In this document: positions 10,593 through 24,913 of the stretch, piece after piece
Layout of the letters: each line of letters opens with the position of its first letter
Numbering within the stretch: the first letter of the stretch is position 1
DNA from: Octopus vulgaris
Taxonomy: Eukaryota
Length of the DNA stretch: 64,000 nt
Assembly: GCA_951406725.2 (NCBI GenBank)
Contig: OX597816.1
Location: forward strand, 135,098,001-135,162,000
Direction of reading: 5' to 3'
Translations under genes and position numbers: made by a program
The notes under the pieces: generated by a model
Told to the model about the DNA's origin: nothing
The model's database searches: none
The model's input: the letters and a program-made list of their open reading frames with translations, nothing else

Positions 10593-13254
10593 AGGATCAC
10601 TGAGAGTATTAGATACAAGTATGGCTACATGGTTAAGACATTCACCTCACAAATAACTGGTTTCAGATTTCATCCCACTGCATGACATTTTGGGTAAGTG
10701 TCTAAAACCTTGTGATGGAAATTTGCTAGACTGAAACTAGAAGCTCATTGTATCACCCTCATCATTTTCACTTCCACTTTTCCATGCTTGCATGCATCAG
10801 ACACAATTCATTGAGACAGGTTTTCTATAGCAGGACACTCTTTCTGTTGCCAGCCCTCACTTGTTTTCAAGCAAGGTAATATTTTCCCATAAGCAGACAT
10901 GTTTTCACAAACAATTTAGAAGAATTATTAGAACTGATAGAATAATATTTTCAGGCTGCCAACCTCATCCTTTCATTTCTCTTTTGTTCGAAAACTCATT
11001 TCCAAATGTCTGTCTCCACTCACTATAAAGTGCCATATACAACTTGTTTATAGTATATTCCAATAAGAAGTTGGATTATTGCATGAAATTTTGAAGTACA
11101 TATACATAATGCCTAATGAGTAGAATTTGGTAGAGAGGGAACCATGTGGGATCCAATCAAAGGGACATTTCCTGTTCTTGGGTGATAAAGTTTATAGCAT
11201 CTTCATTAAGGCAAAGTACTTCTATCATTCTATACTATTTTCCTCCTCTCAGGTGCTGTACAGATACCCACACACCCTTCAAGCATTTCTTTGCTTGTGC
11301 TGGTTTTTTCAGCCCTTCTACTTTCCCTATTAATGTATTTATAGGTGAGAGCTCTCTCTCTCTCTCTCTCTCTTTCTCCTTGGAAAAACACTTTTAGGTC
11401 CAGCCTGGCTAAGCAAAACTGGTACCTCATATTAAACTGTGTTGTCTTCCAATGCCAAACCAACATTACAGTACTAAACGACAGGCCTGATCTTGAGGCT
11501 GTTGTAACTGATTGTTTGATGTTGCTGTTGTGATTATGTTTGTTTTTATTGTTGTTGCTGTTTACAATGTTGTTACAGTTGTTGTTCTCATCTTTGCCAT
11601 TACTCAAATTAGCACCACCACTATGCTTTTAACTAGATCCATTCAGTTGCAAGTGTTTGGGCCAGACCTGTTTCAGGCTAACTTCCTCTTAACAGTCTTC
11701 GGGCCTGTTGCCCTTTCTCCTTTCACACTCTTATGATCTTACCTACCCATTCACCCTATCCAATCTCTGATGTTCTCCTTCTTGTAACTTGAGGGTATAT
11801 TTTGACACCTCTGCACTATCTTCTCTCCTTTTCCAACTAGGGTAGCCACGTATCTCCTCCACTGCAAGACACTTATCTCTATCCCTCTCATAACCTAGCA
11901 TAAAGTCACCTCTTCAATACAACACAACATCAGTCGATGGGTCTTGTTTTGCAAGTTACTTGGTGACCTCATTTGTGCCAGTACTGTGTAAAAAAGCACC
12001 AAGTACACTCTGTGAAATGGTTGGCATCCAGCCACAGAAATCATACAAAAGAAGACACTGGAGCTTGGCACAGTTCTCTAATTCATCAGCTCTTGCCAAA
12101 CTGTCCAACCCATACCAGCTTGGAAAATGGATGTTAAATGACTATATATATAATTCATATATACACACGATGTACCAGATGATGAACAAACAATCTTTGA
12201 AACAATGTTAAAAACAACTGAAATATAAAGTTAACTAAAAAATGTTTTTATCAAGTTGATTTAACTCAGTTTCAATAGTAACTGCAGTATCCAATACTAC
12301 AAACCTGAAAGAAAGTTCCTTCTAGTGATAACTAGATATTATGTCAGCTTGGAATCAATAATGAAATTATAGTAATTATTGAAAAGACAAACTATTTTTA
12401 GATTTGATCTATTTTATTATTCAATGGAAGTTACCAGTCCTGACACTTGTACTAGACTTAAACAGACCTCAGTTTTTAAGTCTATTTCTCAAATGAACAG
12501 AAAACAGTAAGGATTTAAATGTATTCAGTACATTCAAATATACATTAGGCATTTGTATTTCATTTGTAAAGACATCAGTTTTATAATTTAAAACAAAAAA
12601 GCTGGGATTATAATTTTTAATCCCCACTGAAAATTCACAACACTAATTTTGATGAATAACTCTTCTGTAATGATGATGATTTTTATGATAGTGTAATTTT
12701 TTTCTTTATTTTTTTTTAATAGACTTTCTGACATATAAAGAAAGCTTAGGTTTAGACTAAATAAAGAGCTATTATAACTTTACTACTAAAGAACATTAAG
12801 TTGTCTTATGATAATAATTAGAAGCACATTAATACATGAAGACTGTCATACAAACCCCAAATGTAAAAGGGCCTTTCTTCTTCAGAGTGTTTTATATAAA
12901 CAGAAAGGTTTAATATTTACAACTATTGTAAATGTTTAACTCTCCATAACAGACTTAGCTTACAGAACTCAGCACTTCTATGTGTGTGTGTGTGTGTGTG
13001 TGTTACTGTTAAATATCAACACAATATATATCCTCTGACTATCAATAGTGTGAGTGCCAATAAATTGTACCAGTTTGAAAGGTCAGTATAATCAGAAATA
13101 AGCATGAAGTCCACATTAATAAACTCCAGTAGTAATTTTCCCTCTGAGCTGTATGCTTGTGTGCATATGTCTTACAACTAGTGCAACAAAGGAAATACTG
13201 TGTGCACACAAAGTTTTTCAAGATGAAATTCAATTTCTTTTTTAATGAAAATAA

Positions 13255-13480
13255 TAATCATCATCATCACTATTTAACATCTGCTTTCCATGCTGGTGTG
13301 GATTGGACAGTTTGACAGGAGCTGGTGAGCCAGAACATTATTGCAAGCCCCAATGTTTGTTTTGGTACAGTTTCTATGGTTGGATGCCCTTCCTAATGTC
13401 AACCACTGTGCAGAGTGTACTTGATGCTTTGTATGTGGTATCAGCACCAGTGAGGTCACCAAGTAACTTGCAAGACCGGG
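13255..13480 (-). mobile_element. Short repeat carrying the RTE 3' tail (CCAGCATGGAAAGCAGATGTTAAA + (TGA)n)
   Basis: Matches the 3' end of the RTE LINE at 27850-28030. Similar copies near 11940, 30880, 36590, 40670 and 43560. Confidence 0.7.
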
Positions 13481-14849
13481 TGAATACAAAAGCAGGGGTG
13501 CAGAGAATTGGAAGGTGAATCGTCAATACAGCATTTGAGCAATGGTTACTCACATGAATGGGCACATTTTTTTGCAATGAAAGACAATTTTCACACAAAC
13601 AAATTTCTCACAGACCCACAGCAAAATATTAGAGAGAACACTGCCCAGTAGACAAATGAAATCATAATCTTTAGAGCAAACACTTCTGCTACACTTCCAA
13701 TAACTTCATTCTTTATGCTGCTGTTACTTTTGAAAGATTTATAATGCTTACCAGACTTCATGGTTCTGTTATCATCTTAAAGCTAAATGTACAGCAATGA
13801 CACATGAATTATTATTATTTAAAGTGACTTAAAAGAGAAATGCATGATATAGCAACATCGCTTTATATACCTTTCTTTCTCATTGAGATGTAACTTTTCT
13901 TCTTCAGAAATGGGGGGAAAAAACAGAGTAACGTTAGTTGTTATCACTCATTAACTCAAAAAGGAAATGCTGAGTCCAAAACCTACGAATGACATCCAGA
14001 AAAGTGTTCTAACCAAAGAGATGGAAGTATGATATATTGATATGGTGTTAAAAACTAATTTATTAATGTATTATGCATGTTGTGTTTCACTGAGAATGCA
14101 ATATAGAGTAAAAATTCAATTAGTTTTATTTTTTTAAATATAAAAAATTACATGAGAATTATGTTTGTATATTAATAGCTATTAAAAAAAGGTGAGAAAA
14201 TGTAAAAAGGCACTTTTGACAAGGCAAGAACATTGCATTTTCTTAACTCTAGGTTTGATTAGTTAGGTTAATATATCTAACAGAATAAATATTTCTTCAA
14301 TAGAATCAAAGTAATAACTGATAATGTTTCCAAATATATAGTGAACATATTTATTACATACAACATATAATTACTGGGATATTTTTTTCATTATGTTGTA
14401 ATATCACAAAAAGGCACCTTTTATAATTTACTGGAAAGTAATAAATTCCTTTAAGGTGTATGGCATTTTCTTTATTATGTTTTTGTAAAGATTATCAAAA
14501 TATAATCATTTCTAAAATAAATACTCATACATAGATAAACAGACAGATAGATAGATAGACATAAAATTTCAATTTTTAAAACCAAATGATATTTAAAACA
14601 GTACCAAAGATCTAATCCAATATTTTCCCCCTTGACTCTTTTAAATTACTTGAACACTCTAGGTAACTACCTTGATATGTTCTAATGAATGGATATTTAT
14701 TAGAACATGGTTATTAGCCAGTCTCTTTGAAACAACTTGGTCAGTATCATAACAGATCAAACAAACTAAATTGTAGAAGTGGCCTCAAGACTATTCAAAT
14801 TTCATAAGATGCTATTGCAGTGACAGCAGGTTCTTCAACTTGAGAAGGT

Positions 14850-15690
14850 TCTCTGGGCCAAAATCAAAGTGAAGGACAACAGAGTGTTAATTCCTGTTTG
14901 CAAATGATTATGTTCTCAAAGCAGGGTCAAAATCTGAGATACAGCAGGACATGAACAGGTTCTTCTCTGCTTGTGATGATTTTGGCCTCACCATCAACAC
15001 AAAGAAAATTCAAGTCATGTACCAATGAACCCTTTGTAAGGAGTACATAGCACATGTAATGAAGGTGGAAGATTAGACTCTACTTACCATTGACAAGTTC
15101 ACATACTTTGGCAACAATCTCTCAAGAATGTTCACAATGATTTTGAAGTAAACCACAGAACTGCCACACTCATCATTGCCTTCAGTGGACTTCACAAAAA
15201 TACATGAGTGAAAGGTCTCAGCCTCTGAACAAAAGGTCTACAGAACCATTATTCTACCAATTTTACTATGTGACAGTGAGACATAGACTATTTACAACAA
15301 GCTGGTTAAAAAGCTGAACTATTTGCACAAATTACAGCATACCCATTGTTAGGAAAACATCCCAGGCACTGAGGTCCTCACTAATGCAGTGTTGCCCTGC
15401 ATCCACATTCTTCTCTACAAAGCCTAGTGGTTGTAATCTGGTCATAATACCAGAATGGATGATGAAATATCTTTTCCAGAGAGTTGATGAGGAGGAAACA
15501 TTCAGTACACTGATACTTATAAGTTCAAGATCTTCCCAAGAGACTTCTAAATTAAAACAAGTCATAATAGAATCTCACAACTGAGAAATACCACTGGTGC
15601 AGGCCCATAAGAAAAGATGACATAGCATCTAAGCAGACAAGGAGATGGAATGAACAGAAGAGAGACCTGAGAAAGCCAAAAGCTACCTGC
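14850..15690 (+). mobile_element. Degenerate RTE/BovB-like LINE RT remnant
   Basis: FGLTINTKKIQVMYQ, DKFTYFG and KVYRTIILPILLCDSET motifs with stops and frameshifts. Confidence 0.7.
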
Positions 15691-16124
15691 ACACTGGCAA
15701 AAAAGAATTCATCAGCTATTCTTGAATACATCCATAAGTAATGATATGTTCATGGTCCATATGTATAAGCACAAAAAAACTATGATTCCTAAACAATTTT
15801 AAAAGGAACCACTTTATTTTTCATAATAAATTTAAAAAGCAAAATAACCACGCAAGTTTTATTGTTCCTATTTCTTGCAGCATCTCATATTAACACCCAT
15901 AAAGACAGTAGAATAACAGAAATGAAAGAGTACTAGATTAAATAATTTGGGGCAGTTGTTTAGATTGCTTTGTGTCCTACCAGAATCATAAAAATCACCA
16001 GTAACATATTGGAAGTATTTCAATATATCATAATCTTCCCCTAAAAATGTGTGCCACTGTGTCAATGTTAGCATTCAATATTAATAACTGTATCAGTAAG
16101 AGTGAAATTGTTAACATCATAGAT

Positions 16125-16557
16125 GCAAGCATGGCTGTGCAGTAAAAAGTTTGCTTCCCAACTACATGGTTCCAGGTTCAGTCCTACTGCATGGCCCCTT
16201 GAACAAATGTCTTTTACTAATAGCCCCTGGCCAACCAAAGCCTTGTTAGTGGATTTGGTAGACAGAAACTGAAGAAAGCCCATTATACGTGATTGTGTGT
16301 GTGTGTGTGTGTGTGTATGAGAGAGAGAGAGAGAGAGAGAGAGTCTTTGTGTTTAACTTCCACCCCCAACTGACAACTGGTGTTCGTTTGTTTATGTCCT
16401 GGTAACTTAGTGGTTTGACAAAAAATATTGATTGAATAAGTATCAAGCTTTGAAATAATAAGTACTGGAGTCAATTCATTGGACTAAAACCCTTCAAAGT
16501 GTTGAGTGCCCCAGCTTGGCCACAGTCCAATGACTGAAACATATAAAAGATAAAAGA
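16125..16557 (+). mobile_element. SINE family K with internal (TG)n(AG)n
   Basis: Full head and end motifs. Confidence 0.8.
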
Positions 16558-17835
16558 TCTATAACAGTTCAATGTTGGGATCCTGGATGCATTCCAGGCC
16601 AATATCTACAGTCATGTTATCAATGTAAGTAAGACGTTTTTCTCTTCTTACATCACCATGAAGTGGGATCCACAAGACATTTGTCTTGGATACTTCCTGA
16701 TCAGTGTGACACACACAGTGACCAGATAGTCACAGCCATCTTTGCCTGATCTTCTTGCTAACTTTCAGCATATTTTACTTAATTTCAAAATGGAAACAAG
16801 GTGTTTCTCTATTTTAACATATTTGGAGTTACTATTCCAAACACTAGAGCATACTTTAATACCTATTTATAGTGAAGCACCAGAGAACTAATAATATTAT
16901 TGATTTAAATGTCATATTCTTCTTCTCCTCTTACATACAAATTTATCCAAACACACAAACTTCACTATATAATTTTTGCCAACATTGTTCACCACCAGTT
17001 TCCTTGATGTCCTTGTTTTATCAAATGTTATTATATTTATTTGTAAATAAGATGAAAATTTTACAGAACTATGTAAAAGTTAAGAACAAAGTATTATTAA
17101 TTAACAAAAGTATTCATCAACAACAGACTAACAGGAACCTCTATGTAGTCACTTGACCTGTTAGAACCAGTAACCAAATCTCCCTCCAATTGTTTTCACC
17201 AATTAAAAAAGAAATAATGAAGGACGCATTAGACAATGTACACTCTTTGTTCAGAAAAAGAAAATATGATATTCCTGACTGGAATACCTTTGATCATAAG
17301 TTTATGAGGCCTAACAACAATTATTTTGGGTTTTTAATCAATACAAACACAACTTTTACTTCTTTTTTCGTTTTTATCATTTCAATTTCTTCAACTAAAA
17401 TTGAAATTATTAAATTTTACAAGACTAATTTCCTTTACCACAAAATTTTACTTCAAATCGTTGATAACTACAAAACCTTTTTTTAATTATTTAGCACCAA
17501 TTTACTATATTGACTAAGAACAGAGTTAGAAAAATAATGTGATATGGTAATGTAAATTATATATAATAAAGATGTGGTGTCTGAATGATAAATGTTTTAA
17601 ATAGTTTTATATCTTAATTACAAGCAATACCTGACACCTTAAGCCAAGATAGATTACTCCGATTGACTATTTCTCTAGAACAGAGTGAGGTGATGGAGAG
17701 CATGTCGTAAAATTATCTGTCCTAAAAATTCAGGCAAATATGCAAAATTTGAGATGATATTTCCATGTTAGTGTAGCAGTATAACATAGCAGCTTAATTT
17801 GAAAAGGACAAACATGAGAAATCATCTGAGAATGG

Positions 17836-18066
17836 CTATTGATTTTCAATACTTGTGAGAGGAGCTAAAACTGGTTCTTTTTGCTGTGAACGTGCAACAG
17901 CAATCTGCAAACACTGCACCCATTGTTCCACATTCTGTTCATCCTTTGCTTTCAACACATACCTCTGGTCAGCAGTAAATATTTCAAAAGCTTTTGGAAT
18001 GTCTCTAATACCTTTTCGTAAAGCTTTCACACTTTGTATTTTACTGACTGGCAATGTTTCTTTATG
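17836..18066 (-). CDS. VEPH1: VEPH1/Melted coding exon 14 (PH domain C-terminal half, stop)
   Basis: tttcag|CAT; KIQSVKALRKGIRDIPKAFEIFT...VLKAKDEQNVEQWVQCLQIAVA; TAG at 17836. Confidence 0.95.
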   Translation of the reverse strand, partial: HKETLPVSKIQSVKALRKGIRDIPKAFEIFTADQRYVLKAKDEQNVEQWVQCLQIAVARSQQKEPVLAPLTSIENQ

Positions 18067-18594
18067 CTGAAATAAACACAGAAATAAGAAATAAGGTTTA
18101 ACATATACCAAGTTTTACACAGTAACGAATTAACTACCTAAGAGCTGTGTAATATATATAATCCCTGAGCTTCAGACAAAAGAACTGTTTCAATGAGTCT
18201 GCAAATGTTTTCTGATTAAATTATATCAACGCACAAAACAGACGTTAATACTTCCCATGCTGAGTAACAAATTGATACATTTTGTTCTACTCAGTACAGC
18301 AGCACTATATTTGAGTAATTAAGGCATTGAACTTCTAACCTAGGGTTCAAGAATTCAAATCTTGTCACACACTTTAGTTACTTCAGTTTACTCTTATAAA
18401 AATATGACTACTATCTTTGCACATTCACGGAACCTGTCACATCCCACAACTCTAGAATAAAGACTTTGATGGGGAGGGGGATTGTTTTGGTTGGAAGAAG
18501 AGGATGTTCTTACAGTTTTTATATGATATTATATTATATCAGTGTTTTACTTGAGCAGTTGCAAGTTGATGGAAGTACGAAAAATATGAGCAGG

Positions 18595-18960
18595 GAAAGA
18601 ATTACTGAGAGATGGCATTCCAGAGAGGAAGTATTGAGAAAGTAGTTAATGTAGAGCCAAGAGTGGGCAGGACATAATATGGGTAACAATGAGAGGAGAA
18701 ATGGATGAGACAAGAATGCCTGAATAGCAGTACTACAAAACCAGCCAGCTTTGAGGAGCAGAGACCATTAGTGTAGTGAGAAAAAAAAACTGAGTGAGAA
18801 GACAGCATGAAGTACAGGTTTGGAGTATGTATGTAGATAACTTCACGCCAATCAGTACAGTAGCCTCTATAATGTATGTACGTGTAGTGATAGCACCATC
18901 TCAGGGGTGAGAGTGGTATTCTGTTGTAAAATAATAAGTTTTTACCATGTGCACAAACCA
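18595..18960 (-). mobile_element. CR1/L2-like LINE 3' remnant
   Basis: FFSHYTNGLCSSKL...YPY...LWNAI resembles the LFYRYY.G.CS.EL...HPY...LWNSLP C-terminus. Confidence 0.5.
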
Positions 18961-19071
18961 TTGTTTGTATGAACTAAAACCATCTTTACTGTTGTCCCCA
19001 TGACTTGTAGCTTAGAAATATCAAAAGGAAAACAAAAAAGTTTAAATCAAAGGGGAAGGAAGAATACTTAC

Positions 19072-19176
19072 AGAATCACCTTTGCTGTAGGTAATGTTTG
19101 ATCCTGATAAGCTGAAATACCGCGTTTTCCATCGTTTCAGAAATTTCCACCGACCCTTCTTCTCTTTTAGTTGTCC
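19072..19176 (-). CDS. VEPH1: VEPH1 coding exon 13 (PH domain N-terminal half)
   Basis: aaag|GGA ... TCT|gtaagt; [25 protein letters not shown] is the Melted PH signature. Confidence 0.95.
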
Positions 19177-19907
19177 CTTTAAGAAAGCAGAGATTTTACA
19201 AATCTTAGTAATAAATCAATAGAAAACTTCTGTAAAACTATATACTGGGAATGGCTAACTACAAGGTAACAGGAAGATGGGTACTATTTAATACCACCTT
19301 AAATAGTACCCATTCAACAGGAAAAACAAGCTTTATGTTGATACTAATGCGCTGTAGTTACACAAAATAATATAATTAATATTACAACACTACTGATCAG
19401 AAAAACAAACTCATTAGCTTAATGAGTAATTCTGGTTGAGAAAAGGAAGGGAGACAACTCTAAAATTTCAACTAAAATTTACTGACGGTAAAGTCTGATC
19501 TTTGGCAAGTATGGTATTAATTCCAGTTGTGTTTTGGTCTAATTAGGCCTCCTCAGTGAAACCTACTCATAACTTATACTTACCAGACCTATGACTACAA
19601 AGAGATACAAAAGGGTGAGATCATATTCACTCCCCACTGGATGCCAACATTTTTCTATTTTAGCTAATTAAATTTCAGAATTGTTTTTTTCTATCTTTCT
19701 TCATCATAATCTATCATAAATTAATTTTCTTGTCTCCTCACTACAAGTGTAATGTTTTATTAAAAACTTTTTAGTTTATTACATTAAGTAGTTTAGCACC
19801 AACTCAAGCAATTAGCAGTTTTGTCTCTGGACATTACTGTACTTTACTTAACAGCCTTTGTAAATAAAAGAAAGAAAAAGGTATAAGAGTTGAATGGTGC
19901 ATCAATG

Positions 19908-20685
19908 TCATCATCATAATCATCATCATTTAACATCTGCTGTCCATATTGGCATGGGTTGGACAGTTTGACCAAACTGGCACACTGAAAGGCTGCACCA
20001 GACTCCAGTCTGATTTGGCATGGCCTTCTACAGTTGGATACCCTTCCTAACACCAACCACTCTGAGAGTGTGATGGGTGTTTTTATGTGCTGCTGGTACG
20101 GATGCCATTTACATGACACTGGGGAGTTTTTATGTGCCACTGGCATGGGTGCCAATTTGCATGACACCGGTATCTGCCACAACTGTGATTTTGTTTGGCT
20201 TTATGGGTCGTCTTCTCAAGCACAACATAATGCCAAGGGTCTCAGCCACTTTGCCTCCATGAGGCCCAACACTTGAAAAGTATTCCTTACGTGCCACCAG
20301 CACAGGTACACTTGGCTTGATGGGTCCTCTCAAGCACAGCACATCACCAAAGGTCTCGGTCACTAGTCATTGCCTCTGTGACGCTCAAAGTTTGAAGATC
20401 ATGCTTCACCACTTCGTTCCATGTCTTCCTGGGTCTACCTCTACCACAGATTCCCTCAACAGTTAGAGATTAGCACTTCTTTACACAGCTGTCTTCGTCC
20501 ATACACATCATATGACCATACCAGCACAGCTATCTCTCTTGCACACCATATCTTATGCTTCTTATGCCTAACTTTTCTCTCAAGATGCTTACACTCTGTT
20601 GAAAATGCACACTGACATTGAACATCCAGCAAAGCATACTGGCTTCATTTCTTTCAAGCCTATGCATGTCCTCAGCTGTCACAAC
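19908..20685 (-). mobile_element. RTE LINE 3' fragment with (TGA)n tail
   Basis: Reverse-complement similarity to 27170-28030. Confidence 0.8.
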
Positions 20686-21046
20686 CCCCGTAACAAATGG
20701 AAATAATATATAAAGTAGAGAGTATTTCTTAAGTTTTTCTTTTTTTCTATTAGTTACTCATAGAAGGTGGAGTTAGTCAATGCCCATGAGAATTGCCAAG
20801 CCCTCCATACTGGTGAGATTGCAGTGCTTAGTTCAGTTTATTCATTTAATATGAACAGAGAAAGAAAAAGCTTCAACTAGACACACCTGTAGGTCAATAG
20901 ATCTGGTTTACCCATTCATGAAGGTCTCTGATATACAGCCAAATAATAGACAAAATCATCGCATAACAACAGAAAAATCTCCAGAGAAGAATAGTAACAT
21001 CACAGACTTATAACGGTAATATGAACTGAAATATATCTTTACTTAC

Positions 21047-21196
21047 AGAAATAAATGGACTACCATCCTGAAGTAAAGTGACCATCTTTTCAGGGTGGTT
21101 GCACATAAAACATGCCCAATGGTGCTCAGCAGCATTGAATTCAAAAACATCGAAATAACGGACACTGTGAAGTTCATGAAGAAGAGCATCTTGATC
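21047..21196 (-). CDS. VEPH1: VEPH1 coding exon 12
   Basis: tttgtag|GAT ... TCT|gtaagt; RYFDVFEFN...WACFMCNHPEK. Confidence 0.95.
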
Positions 21197-21339
21197 CTAC
21201 AAAGACAAGAAAACAACTGAATTTAAGACATTGAAATTAAATATACCATAATTATTTCATGACATTTAATCCAAGTTCCATCATTCTAAGTGGTAGTATT
21301 ACATTCATTTTCTGTTTCAGCTTGATTCGAGTCATTTGC

Positions 21340-22080
21340 CAATCATCTCTGATCCATTTCATCATCATCCAGTGTTTTAAATCCAAGTTTTCTCCTCATT
21401 AATGGGAGTGGCCATATCTACCTCAATGCCATAGCAACCACCCTCACACCATCTTGCCCTGATTTGAGTGTCCTCCTAATCTCCTCCTTCACCTGTCCCC
21501 TCCACGTTTTCCTCAATCTACCTCACTTTCTCAGTCCATTTACCTAAAATTTAAGCACCCTCCTCAGAACATGCTCCTCATCCCTCCTTCAACCCCAGCA
21601 TCCCCATCAAGTCCTCAGTCCTCCTCTTATCAAACAGCTTCACTCCACACATTTCTCTCACCATTGCTCTCTCAGTCCTTCTCAAAATTGTCATCTCTCT
21701 CTCCCTCAAACACCATGTCTCACTCCCATACAGCAATGCAGCTCAAGCAACTCCTATAGCCCTTTCCTTTCATCTTCATTGAGAACCTTTTCCCACATAA
21801 CAACGTTCCATATTCCTTGAACTTCACCCAGACAAGTCTCACTCTTGCTGTCACAGCTGCTTCACATCCACCACTTACATCCACCTTATCTCCCAAATAA
21901 CAAAACGCTCTCACCACTTCCACCTCTTCACATAGTGTTTCCACTGGTTCTCCCAACTCTCCAGCTCTTTTCTCACATCTTCCACAAATAAACTCTCTTG
22001 CCAGTCTTAGGGTCACCTTCTTCCTTTTCATACATCTACCAGGAATCTATTTCTCACACCTCTACACAACACCATTTTTG
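21340..22080 (-). mobile_element. RTE LINE RT/C-terminal fragment
   Basis: FCYLGD...GCEAAVTARVR..W.KF...KGKGYRSC motifs. Confidence 0.75.
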
Positions 22081-22517
22081 CCATTACCCTCCTCCCACAT
22101 ACACCAAATGGATCCACCTTACTCACAAACATTTCTCCTTCCACCCTGCTCACCATCACCTTTGTCTTCTTTGCTTTCAAGCGTCTCCTTCCATTTCCAA
22201 AATTTCTCCCTCAATCCCTCCTTCATCTCACTCATCAGAACACGTTAATCCGCATACAGCATCTCCATTATCAATCCCTCTCTTGCACTCCCTGTCACCA
22301 CACCAACCACTATTGCAAACAACAACCATTTACCATAAACAAATAGTTCACAATACATGTACAATAGTTCATTCATTCATTTTCATCAAATCTGTACTTA
22401 GACACGTAATTGTTCCAACACTTAATTTCTCCAGTGCAAAAAATCTCGAATTTTCATGCTCCTTGAAGAAAGTAATAAGAAACTACAGCCGTTTATCAAA
22501 TGTACTTTGGCATCACA

Positions 22518-23796
22518 CCAGGTTGAGTCAAAAGTCTTTTTTGAATTCTCACTGATGATTTTTCGGTGACTTGTATTTCCACGTTATATCATTAATTTGA
22601 CACAATTTGTAGTCCAACTGTTGTTGAATTGTTTATTCGTTATTTTCATATATAGCTTACAAATATTGTTTATTGTTTATTTTACAGCTTTGATAATGAG
22701 TGATAAAAAAAATTGCAATTAGAGCCATTTTACACTACCTGTGAGAAAAAGAACTGAGTGCAAGGGCAGCAACAGAAGAAATTAATGATGTGGAAGACCC
22801 AGGAGCTGTCAACGAACATGTAGCACAAAAGTGGTTGACATTTCAAGGAAGGTGACACCTGCTATGAAGACAAACTAAGATCAGGAAGACATTCTGTTGT
22901 GGAAAATGAGGCCATGCTTGAAATGGCTGAACAACAGCCAAATACAAGCACTTGTACATTGTCAGCAGAACTTGGTCCTTCACAAAGCACCATCAATCAA
23001 CACTTTTATAAGCTCAACCTTGTGAACAGAAGCTGTCAAGAAACTTTTCATGTACTAACCAATGACCAGGCTCAACAATGAGTGAACATTTGCAAACAAC
23101 TGCTGGCAATTCCCTAAGATGCCTATTTTTGGTGTCAAATTGTAACTGAGGATGAAAAATGGATCTATTTTTGCAATCCTAGTAAATCAGTGACTTTGTT
23201 CCAGCCAGACTTCAGAACATGTTGTCAAACAAGGGTAATTTAAGCAGAAGGTCATGTTGTGTGTTTATGGAATTTCATGGGAGATGGTTGCACTTAGAGC
23301 TTATCCTAGATGGTCATGCTGTGAATGTTAACCTTCATGCTCAACAATGGCAGGGACTACATGATGCTTTGAAAGCCAGTTACTCAACATTGGTCAATCA
23401 AAAATACACACTTCTACAACATAACAATGCCCTAGCACATACTGCCAATGTGACCAAGTGCTAACTTGAGTAACTTGAAGGAATGAAAGTGCTGCCTTGC
23501 CCTGCCTATAATCCAGACCTTACACAATCAGATTACCACATTTTCTGACCCATGGCTCATTTCCTGTAGGGACAGAATTTCAACAATGTAGATGAGATTG
23601 AAAATGGGCATAGAGAGTATTTTGCCTCTAAACCAGCCAAATGGGATAAGCATGGGATAGAGCTTCTGGCACAACAATGACAACAGACAACCAAACATGA
23701 TAGAATACAATTTGGTGAATAAACACTCTTAGTGTATAACTTGTTTGAACTATTAATCAAAGCTTGAAATATAAAAAAATTCTTGACTCAACCTGG
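22518..23796 (+). mobile_element. Full-length decayed mariner transposon
   Basis: TIRs CCAGGTTGAGTCAA at both ends, TA at right, 1279 bp. Transposase motifs IVTEDEKW, LQHNNA and PAYNPDLTQSDYHIF are disrupted by stops and frameshifts. Confidence 0.9.
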
Positions 23797-24913
23797 TAGT
23801 AGTTACACCTGGAAATAAGCATGAAACACAATGAAGGTCAGTGTTGAATCCCAGTCTTATATGGAAGGAAGAAGTTAGACCAGATAAATGCATGCACATA
23901 CATAAAGACTATGTAGAGTGATGGAACTAGTAGAAACTACAGAAGAAGGGTCATTATAGAATTTGGACAGTATGAGAGAGAGATTTCACAGTAAGTCATA
24001 TTAGATTCACAGAGTAGAATTATTGTCTCAGTTGAGTGGTTTCAGTTTATCTTCTTATCTCTCATTTAACTTAATTTCAAATGAATAAATCTTTAGTTAC
24101 AGCTAGGTAACCTATTTCTAGTAACACGAGTCCACATATAAATGAATATGATTATTTCTAGTAATATAAAACATATACATAAATATTCATACTTCTAGTA
24201 ATATATTTGTATGCATGGAGTATAAACTGCTCCTACTACCAATCATTATCATTGACTGAACTTCCTTTTATTCACATTAGCAGAAAAACTAATCTGGAAT
24301 CTCTCGTGAACAAGTTCAAACATTCAGTGAAATAAAAATTAAATAGAGGAATTGTGTATATCATACTTATGTAATAATTGGAAATTCTACACCCAAGAGT
24401 CTTAAAATATTTGTTTCAAAAGAAAGGTTGAAAATAAAAAAATGAAGAAAGAAATCATAAATCATCAAAATTTTGTTTTAGAGCTATAGAATTTTAATCC
24501 AACAATGCTAAATAAATAAAATGAATTTTATACTGTCAACAACTGCTGAATGATTAAACCTTATGTTTTAAAGTGAAATAACTTATCTATTGGGCCAAGT
24601 GTAATATATGATGCCTTCTTTTTACTATCTAACCATGCTAATAAGGAAAAAATTCTGCTTCCTTTTCAGAATTTGAGCATTTTGATGTTGATGCAACAGA
24701 TATTGCTTCCCCCAGTTAAATGCTCTTCTGATAACGAATTAACCATGGAGTAAGAGTAGAATCTGTAGTCACTGTGGTAGACTGAGGCAAATAAAATCAT
24801 GTTCAATGGTTAAAGTCAATCTGAAAACAATTTAGTCAATGGTAGAGTATTTTAACACATTAACAATGTGTTTTGTTTTGGTTTTTAAGCATTTGATCAT
24901 AAATACTAATACA

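Noticed and set aside
17036-17041. VEPH1 polyadenylation signal
   Set aside because: One of several AATAAA hexamers in AT-rich DNA; it cannot be assigned without 3'-end data.
22696-23720. Active or domesticated transposase (also Tigger at 43935-45440)
   Set aside because: Multiple stops and frameshifts, and an altered catalytic residue (HNNA in place of HDNA in the mariner).
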